In this document: one piece after another, positions 35,600-48,066 of the stretch | How positions within the stretch are numbered: position 1 is the first letter of the stretch | Layout of the letters: each line of letters opens with the position of its first letter | NCBI GenBank assembly: GCA_002269645.1 | Contig: NIVC01000135.1 | Location: 124,001-188,000 of the forward strand | Length of the DNA stretch: 64,000 nucleotides | Direction: 5' to 3' | Origin: Macrostomum lignano | Taxonomy: Eukaryota | The notes under the pieces: generated by a model | The model's input: only the letters and a program-made list of their open reading frames with translations | Told to the model about the DNA's origin: nothing | The model's database searches: none | Position numbers and translations under genes: made by a program

Positions 35600-36960
35600 C
35601 AATCTCGACTGTCTCGGCAGTGACTTCGCGTCTGTCCGCGTGCTCAGATTGCGACTTCCACATTATTTGCTTTAGGATGCTGCCGACAAATGATCTGGCA
35701 CCGACGCATCCCAACTGATAGCGAAGTGACTTTGAGTCCAGCACGACTCTCCTGAAAAGTTACATTTGAGAGTTCGCCAGAGTTGCACGTATATATTAAA
35801 AAATAGCGCAAATTAATAGACTCGCCAACTACACAGTCGGCCACTGGCGCATGCAATTTTGCTTCCTCCTTTTCGACTTTTCAATATTGTACTGACACAA
35901 AATGGAGAGTTTTGCTGTCCACATCAGCATGGTAGACAGTGCGTCAGATAATTTCACAGCATTCTCTGTCTGACCAGCACAATACTTTCTCTGCAAGAAG
36001 GGTTACAGCTAATAATTAGTGATTGGTGGCAACAGCAAATCCCAATTATTGTACAGATGGGTGACTCACATAAGCGTCCTTCAGCACTGGGTCGCTATCG
36101 ACATCCTCAGCAAAATGCTGAAGCTTTGCAATGGATTTAGCGGGCAATGACTGCAGAGAAGCGCTGATGGCAGGTGCAAAGTTGCTCCTTGCTTTTGACT
36201 TGATGGCCTCCTTGATTGCCAACAATCACTGTCAATTCAACTTTATCCAGTCTAGAGTATGAATTGGGTGACAGCATAAGTTGGAGATGAGAGTGGGCAA
36301 TAGCAGAGGTTTAGTTTTTAGCCATTTTTATATTTCTACCTGATGCTAATTAATTAGACTAAGATTATTAGCATGACTGAAAAGCAAAAAACCCACAATT
36401 TATGTAGAAAATCTAACAAGACAATGGAATATTACAACCTCATCTTTAATAGAAAATTTAGGCTTTATTTTACTGCATCACGCTTATCAACTTATCAAAT
36501 AACAACAACAAAATAAGAAATAGTGGTATTAAAAATTATTCACATCTTAAATAAAACTTCTTTATCCGTTATATCGTCCCAAAATACGAAACGATGCGCG
36601 CAAGTTTATCTGTGGTGCCTGGGGTCGTTCTTCGACGCTGGCTAGACATTCGCGGCACGACTTGGATTGCGAGAACTCCGTGAGAATATGCGGCTTGTGT
36701 AGTAAGTTAAGGTAAAATGCACTGCACTAGTTGCCTTGGACAAAACTGACTCGGAAACTGACTCCGTGCGATATCAAAAAGCCTGTCAACGGAACTTGAA
36801 CGGGCTGGCTCGTACTGGAGGCCATAAAAAAGTTGTTACGACATTAGCGTTACACTGCATACCTCGGTTTGAAAGCCATGCGAGGTTGTCAAAGCGTGTG
36901 GATAAATTTGAGCGGCTTTCATCAGTATTTTGACTAACATTTGTTGGCTGCCGTTGTCTG
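35600..36960 (-). pseudogene. Unidentified spliced coding remnants
   Basis: Protein-like stretches (e.g. AIKEAIKSKARSNF...DPVLKDAY|gtgag...cag|RKYCAGQ) with GT-AG boundaries. No family recognised. Confidence 0.3.
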
Positions 36961-37449
36961 TGCGACTGCTCTCGAAATTCTTGTTCAGGTTCATTGGACT
37001 CTTGCTCTGTCTTTCCGTACAGTTAGTGCCCACTGCCCACCCCAGAAGACGAACGCAGCAAGCTCAAGAGCAGCAAATGGCGCAGGAACAGCGAGGAGGT
37101 CAGGGAAGGCTGCCATGCACTCCCCCCCCGTATATTTCAGACCGATTACGAGAAAATATTCAAGCATTATTGACAACAGTTAGAACGAATCAAAGCAGGA
37201 TTAAAAGAGTGACAGGATACGAAAAAAAATTTTTTTTCAATTGCAATGCGACAGCGAGGCCAAAGAGCCAACCGCGGGGTATAAAACCCCCCGCCACGCA
37301 ACCCCCCCCCCCAACACCGGGGGTGGGGGGAAGCCGCGGGGGAGGGGCAGGGGTGGGCAGCGTACACAAACGCCAGTTAGCGCAGCCCGCGCAAACTAGC
37401 CACTGTGCAACGAGATCTCTTGGAAGAGCAGAGTCAACGAATTGAATTC

Positions 37450-38430
37450 TTGTGCCACTTATCCGGTAGAATAGATGGTCGTATTCATAGCAGCCCATGA
37501 TCTTCAATAGGACCATCACATGACAGTCACAGCCAGAGGTTCGGCTACCGGCCTTGGGGGATAATTAGTAGCCATGCAACAATTGCAAGCCAAAGTCAAG
37601 GACGCCGAATCAGACGGTGTATCGGACAACCGCAGAATAACGCGGTAGTTTTTGGATCTTTGGGGCGAAAAGACTACAGCCAATATAAGATCCAGGATGG
37701 ATGCCATATTGCCATTGTCCAAATCCCTTGGTGAAGCTCCGTCGTAAGGGTCTCAAACTATTTCCATGAATCTCATGAACACCTTCGTAGGTGTTTATAA
37801 CCTCCTTGACACGAATGTTTTGAATGTAATTCTCAGATTGCTTCAGTTGATACGGTCCCAGTGAGACTTCTTCAAGATTGTGTGGACGAATGCGAGGAAA
37901 TCCAGAGCTGGCAGGATCCAAGGGATCAACGGCAGTCCAAACTTTAGAGCTGGATGCCGGAATCCTCGTGAAGTCACAAGCGAATCCTGTATGTTCGATT
38001 TCGTCGAATTCGTTGGCAATGAAAACTCTCAGTAAAAATCTGACCGAATTAAAAAAGCGAACGGTCTTCTTCAGACCACGAGAGTGGCAACTTTCTGTGC
38101 AATTCGAATACTGGATGAGTGTGGTTATACTTCGACATGGAATTCTCAACAATTACACTCAAGCGACTGCTCTCAAAAACCCAGAAGGTTGCAACAATTG
38201 ACATGGCTCGTGCCGTTCGTTCACCCACTTGTCCCTCTTGATGGCTGCAAATCATCAATATCAAGATATCGAGGCATTGTGACGATGTGGCTCGTGCTGG
38301 CTTCCAGCGTTTTCGCCAGTACAAGATAGAAACATCAAAAGCGTCTTTCCTTCGTTCGCGTGATGTACAAAGTAAAAAAATGCTATTGGTAGGAGAGCAA
38401 GGTCGGCGACATAAGCCTTTGTGAAACATG
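37450..38430 (-). pseudogene. Degenerate DDE transposase, PIF/Harbinger-ISL2EU-like (DDE_Tnp_4-type) with C-terminal SWIM-like Cys/His motif
   Basis: SRLSVIVEN...KY; GFPRIRPHNLEEVSLGPYQLKQSENY; SKNYRVILRL...LACNC, then (frameshift) KAGSRTSGCDCHVMVLLKIMG. This resembles the FP.L...LG.YQLK.A.SY and C.C.AG.RTVGCC.HV motifs of that group. Confidence 0.55.
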
Positions 38431-38776
38431 TGTTATAAACCAGGGGAAGAATCCCGAGGCTCCCTGCCTGACCCGGGTTCGTGCACTGGCCCTGAGCGCT
38501 ACGGTCGTCCAACCTACTCGCGTACGACGCTGAATCGGCTGGTATCCGGCCGATCGAGCGTACGACGCACGATGGCCTTCAACTAAGCGGACACACGGGG
38601 AGCTGGTTGGGGTGGAAATCGGCGTTCGACGCTCTCAATCCCGGCTCAGCCCTAAGCGGGCAAACCCCGAAAGAACAAAAACAAGTTCTTACGTTTCGGA
38701 TTCGCTCGCGGGATGCCCAGGCCAGGCTCGGTCGTCGGCTCGGCCTCGAGACGCAAATAACCACTATATTTAAGCT

Positions 38777-39075
38777 CGCAGTCGCAATGGACTGATACAC
38801 AGCGCAGTCGCAATGGACTGATACACAGCGCAGTCGCAATGGACTGATACACAGCGCAGTCGCAATGGACTGATACACAGCGCAGTCGCAATGGACTGAT
38901 ACACAGCGCAGTCGCAATGGACTGATACACAGCGCAGTCGCAATGGACTGATACACAGCGCAGTCGCAATGGACTGATACACAGCGCAGTCGCAATGGAC
39001 TGATACACAGCGCAGTCGCAATGGACTGATACACAGCGCAGTCGCAATGGACTGATACACAGCGCAGTCGCAGAG
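38777..39075 (+). repeat. 26-bp minisatellite CGCAGTCGCAATGGACTGATACACAG, ~11 copies
   Basis: Period 26 (38777, 38803, ...). Confidence 0.97.
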
Positions 39076-39243
39076 CAGATACAACTGTCGCTAACGCACA
39101 CAAATGCAGTCGCAAAGCGCAGACTGGGGAGGGCGCGTGCGAGGAAAAACATGGGCCGCAGGGGCCTCATAAATAGGCAGGCATAAGGGAGGGGGTACTA
39201 CTTGAAGGCAGTTCTAGATTTTCAATGTCATCTAGAATGTCAT

Positions 39244-41020
39244 CTAGCTGGGCGGCGTCAGGCAGCTCCTCGGCCGGGGCTGGCAGCTGCATCTGCTGGA
39301 CAGAGCCGCCCTGTTGCTGGTTGTCGGTGGGCAGACGCGACTGCTGGACAGAGCCGCCCTGTTTCTGGTTGTCGGTGGGCAGACGCGACTGCTAGACAGA
39401 GCCGCCCTGTTGCTGGTTGTCGGTGGGCAGAAGCGACTGCTGGACAGAGCCGCCATGTTGCTGGTTGTCGGTGGGCAGGAGCTGCTGCTGCTGGTTGAAG
39501 CCGTCGTGCTCTTCAACATCACTGGGCTCCTCCAAAAAAACGGTATGTGCTGCTCATTCTTAGTTGCTTTCCAGCAATCTCATTTGTTCGCCTTCCAGCA
39601 GGGAACTTTGATAAAACTGGCTGATTGACAACAAAATTACCGTCACTATCAAGGACGCCTCGGATGACCTGGCTAAGCACTTGAGTGCGAGCTGCCTCCT
39701 CCTTAGCAAGCCGGTGCGCTTTTTGGAGCTTTTGAAGACACTGATTTAATATACGCCACTACTCATCCTACTTTTAATAGGGGCTTTTGTAAATTTAGAC
39801 ATATCATAGATCATCAAATAATTTCAAACGCGATTTTACCTTGAACATAATTCAAAAGCGTGGCTTTGAAACCTCCGACTGTTCATTTCCTTGCCATTAA
39901 AATTTACGGCAGCCTGCATGTCAGCAGTCAGGCAGCTGTCCATCATGACTCGAAGAATCGAAGAGAGTCTCGGGCACAGTGTCTCGTCGAGAACAGCCAA
40001 GCAGATTCGTCTGTAGAATGGAAAATTTTGAATTCATGAATTAGTTAGCTAAGCAATATGCTTAATGCATGCTTTTACTGATATTAATGACTTACAACTG
40101 AGTTGGTCGCAACTCCGCGAATTTGATGTACTCCTCCCAGATTTTGATAGGCCAGAAAATATGCGTTTCTGCTTTTCTTCGTGCTGCTTCTGCTGATGCG
40201 GGTGCCGCCGCTATGCTCGCAGTGCCGCAAGTTCCTTTAAGCACTGTCTTAGCTGAGACGCTAGTTGGTTGTTCCTGACAAGTTGCTCATGGAGGATGGA
40301 CAGCTGAATAAAAAGGGTTCCGCGCAGACTTTCCAGGGGGAAGTCGACTTTTGACTGAATCTGCCCACGCAGCGAATTGATGGGATTTGATCCAAAGGCC
40401 AGTGCAGATAACTTTGGAACAGTTGATTCGTGATTATCTTCGTCTTCCTCAAGCACACTGTATGCATCTGGCGCCTCTGTCACCGCCGCTGCAGTCTCTG
40501 CACCTACCGTCGCTGCTGACTTCGCCACTTTAGCTGCTGTCACTTTGTTTGGATCCACAGGACGCAGCTGCGCAGAAGTGACAGGCATTCGTTGACTCGG
40601 CAGCAAAAATGACTGGTGAGACTGCGTTGGGGTCTTTTTCCTTGTCGAGGGCCCCTCCCAAAAGTGGTCTGAGTCGGAAGCTGAGCCACAAGGAAGGTTT
40701 TTTGCTTGGTACATTCGACGCGCCTGGCGCAAGTCGGTGTCGCAGAAGACCCTTGGCCGGACAAGAGCGAGGACATCCTTCAGTGTCTTCTTCCTCTTTA
40801 TTAGATCGCGGGTGAAAAGGAGACTCGGAGACTGGGAGTCGTCTAATATGACCTGGGCAATGACTGCACTGAAGTATTCTCCTTCGTAGAGTGCTTCACA
40901 ACACCATCGGTCAGTACTTTCTCTCAACGCAAGCCACTCAATGGTCGTCAAGCGTTAAAGCTCAATTGGGAGAATGAGTTCTTCCTTCGTAGCCTCAATA
41001 ACTTGGTGATCGGCTTTAAA
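39244..41020 (-). pseudogene. BEN/DUF4806-like transposon-associated gene, copy 2
   Basis: 246-aa ORF 40211-40951 plus downstream exons FWPIKIWEEYIKF and ILRVMMDSCLTADMQAAVNFNGK. Segment-by-segment homologous to copy 1. The family assignment rests on resemblance only. Confidence 0.5.
39290..39490 (-). repeat. 48-bp tandem repeat (~4 copies), probably coding (CPPTTSNRAALSSSRV)
   Basis: Period 48 = 16 codons, lying within ORF 39244-39522. Confidence 0.8.
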
Positions 41021-41664
41021 AATGATAATAAACTTCATTTTAGATTAATAAGTAAATAAAATAACGACTGCTGGGACTTGGAACTCACGCTTAGTGTTAA
41101 GGAGGGATATACCCAGAGGGAATTTCGGTGCGCCCCAGGGTGCGCAGACCGCGGCGCCCCGTAGCTTGTGGTCGGTAACGGGGCGCACTGCCAGTACGGC
41201 CGGAGCGCTGGCCACATGCCCGGCGCCCCGTGGACGGTTGAATTAATTTTGACAGGAGTCCCATTTACTCTACTTATAGTAGTATGTTTAGCTCATGTGC
41301 TTTAAATGCTCCCTTTTCACCCCCTAGCCTGCAAACCACTAGTAAAATATTCATAATTACAGTCTAGTTAAAGTAGAGTCACAGTTGAGCAGGAATTAGA
41401 AATAACGAACATGCTCAACAATACCGGTAGAGTTTATGTATTTATTCTTCATTTTTTAAACTTGCGAAAAATGCGACAACCGCTGCGCTTTATAAAAAGA
41501 CAAATAGTCAAAGCCATTAATCAAGATTTTCACATTTACATGCACTAAATGAAAAGTCACAAAAACATTTTGTACATATTGCACGCAATATTGTCCTGCC
41601 TATTCACTAGACGCAATAATTAGAACTTCAAATTCGAATCCAGGATCCCCACAAACCGTTTTCT

Positions 41665-44075
41665 TTAACTGTCTAATGCTCGCCCCATGCCCTGGTCCAC
41701 GGACCAGTTCGAGCCGCTCGAATCAGAGCCGCTGTCATCCGAATGACCGTTAACGCGGTAGTTGATTGCTGCAGAAGTTCTCTGCCGTTTTGCTGGCTTT
41801 CGAATCTTGTCGGTATGGCGCAGCGCGAAGAGCTGCGGGTAGGGAGAGCATGGTCCATTTGCACCGACAGGTGTCGGAGTCGCCTCCCAGTCGACCATCT
41901 TGTCGGTCGTGCCACCCAGTCGCTTTCTAGATGGGTCAATGCCTAGTTCGGAGATGTTTTGCACAGCTTCCACAAATTGGCGAGATGGTGTCTGGAGAGC
42001 GAAGAGAAAGGATGCCCTATAGTAATTTTTGAGCATGAGGGAATAAAATACTTTCTTCTTTGTGGAAAAAAATTAGTAAATTCCTCTAACAGCATTACTT
42101 ACAGTAACATTCTAGGCCTACATATGGTTGGGTTTTTCAACTCACAATTTTTAACTTCACAAAATATATCTCGCATTACTAAACTCACTTTGGAAACCGA
42201 AGCTGGCCGCCTCTGCAGGACACTTCCAGGCAGTCCTGGGCTTCGGTCTGCAGTTGCCGCTGCCGCCGCTGGCCGCCTCTGCAGAGCATCTTCCACACCG
42301 TGAGCTTCTGCAAGTGGCTGGCTTGCTGTACTATGCGACCGTCCCCCAAGTCTGTCGCCGCCATGCTTTATCTGCTGCATGCAGGTATTCTTTACAGCGT
42401 CTACAGAGGGTCTGCCAGCTTCAACGATGGCACCGTAGACATATGTAATGGCTTCTGTGGGTTGGGAGGGAATATTGAAAGGAAAATGATAGGAGCACTT
42501 ATGCCTATGTGATCTCCCAATTGATAAACGAAGAGTTCTAGAAATTTTAAGGAGCAGTACTCACTCTGGAAATGGTCAAGTAGAGTACTTTTAAATCCCA
42601 TTTGCGCATCAGTAAGGTCGGTCGCCACTCCAGCAGCATTCGCTCGGCTCTTCATGTCCGTTCCTATGAAATTTACAACCGCCTGCATCTCTTTCGACAG
42701 GCTCTCGTTTAGCATGGCCATTAGGGCGTCTGACCATTTGGCTCGCTTGCATGAGCGCAGCAAAGTCATCTGTAGGCATTTTTTGAAAGGAGGGAAAATT
42801 AACTGTCTTGTAGCTACCCATAGCATGCTCATACGTTGTTACTACGAGTAGTTAGCTTTTAAATTGAATGTTTATCATTTTATCATCTCATTTATCATCT
42901 CACTTAAAACATGATATTTTAATACTAAACGTAATAAACACTCACCAAAGTCGGAATATACACCTCCGGAGAGGACACGAACTGTACATATTTCTCTCAA
43001 GATTCTATCGGCCAGAAAGAAGGCTCGCAATCCTGGGTTGCGTTGTCAGTGGGTTCCAAAATATGCAGCACTCGCTGCACTTCAGCGCGCACTGCGCTCA
43101 TCTCGTTTGTCCAGCGGATCTGCATTGCCCTCAGCTCGTTTTTTCGCATTATACTTTCGCGAAGAACATATAATAAAAGAAACTTGAGACCCTCTGGGCT
43201 TTCAAGATCGAAGCTAACGGCAGCTTGGATCTGCTCCTCCAGTTTTTGCAAGAAGCCAGAGCCAAATCTAAGCGAAGGCACGACAGAAGGCGGCTTCGAA
43301 ATGGTCGTACGATCATCGAATTCCGCTGCCGTCGCCCCAGCTTCCGTTTCCACCTCAGCTTCCGCTTCCACCTCAGCTTCCGCCTCCGCTTCATCATCAC
43401 TTATCAGGAGGTAATGCCGCCAATGTTGCGATGGTGGAACGATGTTGCTTTTGCAAGATCGATGGAGGGTGCAAACAGCCGCTGCATTTATCTTCGAGGA
43501 TAGCTTCAGAATCGGTGGCCGAGCCGTCTGGTAAATTCTGTTTTGAAGTTTAGGAGGGAGGAAGTATTGAATTAGACGGAGGTTGAATTTAATAGTCTTT
43601 GGCAAAACTGGCGGCGAAACTGCGTAAATAACCAGACCATATACCATGGTAATTTACAAAATAGTAAAGATAAAAAATTAATTAGCCCACATAGCAGCCA
43701 ATTACCTTTATCTGATAACTTCTTCGTGCCTTCTTCATGTCACATTCCTGGAACACTCTGGGCTGAACCAACTCTAGAATCCGGTTCAGCCTGGTCTTCT
43801 TGGACACTAAGTCCCCCACGAAACGGAAGCTTCCAGGCTCCAGGTTGTTGTTCATTATTACAGCTTCTTACCTGAATTATAAGAGCAGAGTAAAAACAAC
43901 CTTCACACAACGCCTCGCATTTCCACTTTTCCGTGGAGTCTTTTTTCTTGAGCCACTCCTCCTTACTGAGACCTTGGAAGCTTTCAGGAAGCTTCACGTC
44001 ATCGTCCGAGACCTCGACGATCTGCCTTTAATCGTCTTTAAAAATAACAATGAATTTCATTGAATTTGAAATTGA
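41665..44075 (-). pseudogene. BEN/DUF4806-like transposon-associated gene, copy 1
   Basis: EEWLKKKDSTEKWKCEALCEGCFYSALIIQV; LRFGSGFLQKLEEQIQAAVSFDLES; FWPIES*EKYVQF; LMAMLNESLSKEMQAVVNFIG...GFKSTLL. In-frame stops are present. Confidence 0.5.
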
Positions 44076-44619
44076 ATATAATTTGAAGCTCAGAATGATT
44101 TGTTTCTCCTATAGAAGCACTGTGCTTTATGACTCCGCAATGCCTCAACTACAGAACAAGTAATATAACTAGACTGCGCACAGGGGAGAGAGGGGCGTGT
44201 CAGTTTTAGTATAGAAAAAAATGGTCCCCCCGCGAAGCCCCTCTCCGAGATCGATAATGGAACTAAAGTTGAGGATTTCCCCACTGGCGCTGCCCTTGTG
44301 CGAGCATTAAGCACCCTATACTGCCTGGCAAATTTTATTCATGTGCACTCTATAGGATTCATATGATGTATGTTCTAAAAAACTAGCATCTATTATTATT
44401 TACTTTTCAAGTGGATAAAATGTTAGTTTTAATAATGAAAAAAATTGACAACGAAAGAGAAATTATTGACTAAAACAGCGACAAGAAAAACTAAACAGCT
44501 TGTAATTAAGTCAGCATTAAGCATGCAACAGTTCAATTAGCAATGGCTTACCAAAAAAAGATTAGAAAAGTCCATCACCAAGGAAATTTTACCACACAAT
44601 ACGTTCACAAGTTAAGAAA

Positions 44620-45215
44620 AATAGCTATCTCAGCAGTTTCTGCCTCCTTCCAGACTTGACAGTGCAGAGATCCTTGGCTACCTTCTTCTTGCGCACGTTG
44701 ATGAAAAACTGGCTGAGAACTCGAATTAGGTGCAGCTTGTGAGATTCAATGCTGATGCTGGAGACAACTGAATGAGAATCCAGATCACCGAATAGATTGG
44801 CTGACAGCCGCAGAATCTCCTGGATGGCGAGTGCGCTCCGAAAGCTGCAGTCATAGGAGTATCGCCGGATAACATACTCTGCATGCAGAAACATTCGGAA
44901 TGCATCAGCGCTGGGAAACACAAGTCCTCCGCGGCCTTCGCTATTCGTTGAATTCTTTTGCAGGGCGAGGGAGAACGGAAGGTGCGAATCACCGGAATCA
45001 GATAAGCTTCAGCTGCCAAGCAGGGCGCAGCGACACGGTGCACAGTCCAGGATCTTCAGCACACTGCGAACCACAGCTCCTCCTATATAGTGTACAATGG
45101 ACTGGCACATCTCGCAAGTTGACAAGGAGCTGCAGTGCTGAATCGAATCTACACGCTTTCCAACTGAGACTGAAGACTGTATACCAAAAATGTCTTGTGT
45201 GTGATTGGACATTCA
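44620..45215 (-). pseudogene. P-element/THAP9-type transposase C-terminal fragment
   Basis: SIVHYIGGAVVRSVLKILDCAPCRCALL; GRGGLVFPSADAFRMFLHAEYVIRR; HKLHLIRVLSQFFINVRKKKVAK...RRQKLLR. These match the YIAGYV..K...C..C, RGGL..PS and terminal R....K...RQKL motifs. Frameshifted. Confidence 0.8.
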
Positions 45216-45330
45216 TACCATGGCGATAGACCCACCATACCCCTTCCCTGTATCCTTTTACACTGCCGCCTATCTCCTCAGTGCAAGTTGGCAGAGTTGC
45301 ATAAACCTATACTACTCTATGATATCATAA

Positions 45331-45705
<375 letters not shown>

Positions 45706-46629
45706 GACTTGGGCTGGGAGTTCACTTAGGGATCATAGATTGGTTGCTCTTCTACTACTGGTTAAATTTTAAAACAATTATTAAATTATCAATTTTTTGG
45801 AACCCGTTTAAATCCTCAATCAAATATTTTGCTTAAGGGAAGCTACTTACAGTAGCATAACGGAATACTAAATCAATGCCTATTTGGTATATAATAATAA
45901 AAATAATTGATTACACCTGCCCCAATTGGGCGAGATGTGCAACCGACAGCTCAGCCGCAGCTATTGCGCGGCGCATCTGAAGGCTACGTGCGGTTGTTCA
46001 GTCCAAGGCCTGGGGGGTCGTCACACACGCCCTCAATTGCCCCAGCTAATGCTGGCGCCCATTTTAAAGCTGAGGGAACTGAAGTAATGCAGAGTTACAT
46101 GTAGCTAGCTGTCTTGCTTAAGGGCGCATATTGTTCGAGTGGTTCGAGATTCTTTGGAATTAATGGAAGCTACTATAAGTAGCATGGTGCAATATTGCTA
46201 TACTATACAAAGGTGTCAACAATTCTTTAGTCTGGGCAAAACTGTTATTGTTTAGCAAATAATTGCCCGTTAAATATGAAATCTTTGATAGTTGAGTTTT
46301 TTAGCCAAATTCCTGTAACTTTCCTGTCGGGTGCAAGTGAAGTTTAATACGCCTTGCTACTGTTGTGACTATTGTGACTATTGTCAAAGTCTTATCCGGT
46401 TCATTGTGTTGTTATCTTTTATCTACTGTAATATGACATCAATGTAACCAGTTATTTTGCACGCATATTCTTTAGAAATAAACAAATAGAACACGTTTCT
46501 GACATTATTTAAACAACATTTTTTTAGACCAATTATTGCATGCATAATAATTCTGTTACTGTAAGTAGTTTATCAGTTTTTTATTTATAATATTTAAATT
46601 CGCGCTGACGAAGGTTAAAGTTGCTTGTG

Positions 46630-46694
46630 TCAGGTCTGCTGCTGCTGCTTCTGGCCCTTGGCTGAGGCTGGTTGGCTGAACAGAACTACAAATT
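46630..46694 (-). CDS. Calmodulin-like EF-hand protein, exon 5 (to stop)
   Basis: cattgcag|AA gives EFVVLFSQPASAKGQKQQQQT*, completing EF-hand 4. Confidence 0.8.
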
Positions 46695-46799
46695 CTGCAA
46701 TGGCAGTTTTGTATTTTAGTTTTGTTTGAATGTTCGTATTGACGTAGTTGTAATACTATGATGTATCTTGTAGGTCATGCTGTGATCAGATCGTCATGC

Positions 46800-47071
46800 T
46801 GCTGTGTGATGTCTGAGTGAGTGGGTCATGCTTTTGCCTGATGTCTGAGTGAGTGGGTCATGCTTTTGCCTGATGTCTGAGTGAGTGGGTCATGCTTTTG
46901 CCTGATGTCTGAGTGAGTGGGTCATGCTTTTGTCTGATGTCTGAGTGGGTCATGCTGCTATCTGATGTCTGAGTGGGTCATGCTGCTATCTGATGTCTGA
47001 GTGGGTCATGCTGCTATCTGATGTCTCAGTGGGTCATGCTGCTATCTGATGTCTGAGTGGGTGGGTCATGC
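46800..47071 (+). repeat. 28/32-bp minisatellite in CaM-like intron 4 (TCTGAGTGGGTCATGCT core)
   Basis: Directly visible; begins ~4 nt from the exon 4 donor. Confidence 0.9.
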
Positions 47072-47075
47072 TCAC

Positions 47076-47223
47076 CCTTGTAGCTGATCTTGCCATCCTC
47101 GTTAGCATCGGCACTGCGGAAGAGCTCGTCAATCTCCTCGGTGGTCAGCTGTTCTCCGATGGATTTGAGCACGAACTCCAGCTCCTGTCGGCTTATGAAG
47201 CCGTTTTTGTCACGGTCGAATAC
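47076..47223 (-). CDS. Calmodulin-like protein exon 4
   Basis: [49 protein letters not shown], bounded by AG and GT. Confidence 0.92.
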
Positions 47224-47271
47224 CTGAAATTGGAGTATTTATGTATTTTAGCCCATAATACCGACTGACCC

Positions 47272-47632
47272 AGCGATGGGTCAGGCCGGGAGAGTCTTTA
47301 CCCACTATAAGGGGCAGGAAAGAGTCATGACCCACTACTAAAGTGTCAGGGAGAGTCTTGACCCACTGAAGGGTCAGGGAGAGTCTTGACTCACTACTGA
47401 AAAGTCAGGGAGAGTCATGACCCACTGAAGTGTCAGGGAGAGTCGACCAGTGAAGGGTCAGGGAGAGTCTTGACCCACTGAAGGGTCAGGGAGAGTCTTG
47501 ACTCACTACTGAAAAGTCAGGGAGAGTCTTGACCCACTGAAGGGTCAGGGAGAGTCTTGACCCACTACTGAAAAGTCAGGGAGAGTCTTGACCCACTGAA
47601 GAGTCAGAGTCTTGACCCACTGAAGGGTAAAG
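47272..47632 (+). repeat. ~28-31-bp minisatellite in CaM-like intron 3 (GGGAGAGTCTTGACCCACTGAAGGGTCA)
   Basis: Directly visible. Confidence 0.9.
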
Positions 47633-47696
47633 GGCCGAGAGTCTATACATATATTGGAAGATCAAAGGAGTCACGAGTCTGCTTTTACATTCTCAC

Positions 47697-47803
47697 CTGA
47701 AATGCCGTGAGCAGTTCATTGTCAATTTCGGTAGAATTTTTGAAAACGTAGCTTTTCATAATTCTAGCGAACTCGTCGAAATCGATTTTGCCATCGTAAG
47801 CTC
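47697..47803 (-). CDS. Calmodulin-like protein exon 3
   Basis: ttcag|GA GCT TAC GAT GGC gives (G)AYDGKIDFDEFARIMKSYVFKNSTEIDNELLTAFQ|gtgaga. Confidence 0.88.
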
Positions 47804-48066
47804 CTGAACATTCTGTGGGTCATGTTCAAGCTCCTGAACATTCTGTGGGTCATGTTCAAGCTCCTGAACATTCTGTGGGTCATGTTCAAACTCCTGAACA
47901 TTCTGTGGGTCATGTTCAAGCTCCTGAACATTCTGTGGGTCATGTTCAAGCTCCTGAACATTCTGTGGGTCATGTTCAAGCTCCTGAACATTCTGTGGGT
48001 CATGTTCAAGCTCCTGAACATTCTGTGGGTCATGTTCAAACTCCTGAACATTCTGTGGGTCATGTT

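Noticed and set aside
37250-37370. G/C-run cluster with G-quadruplex or hairpin potential
   Set aside because: Could not be tied to an element end or a function.
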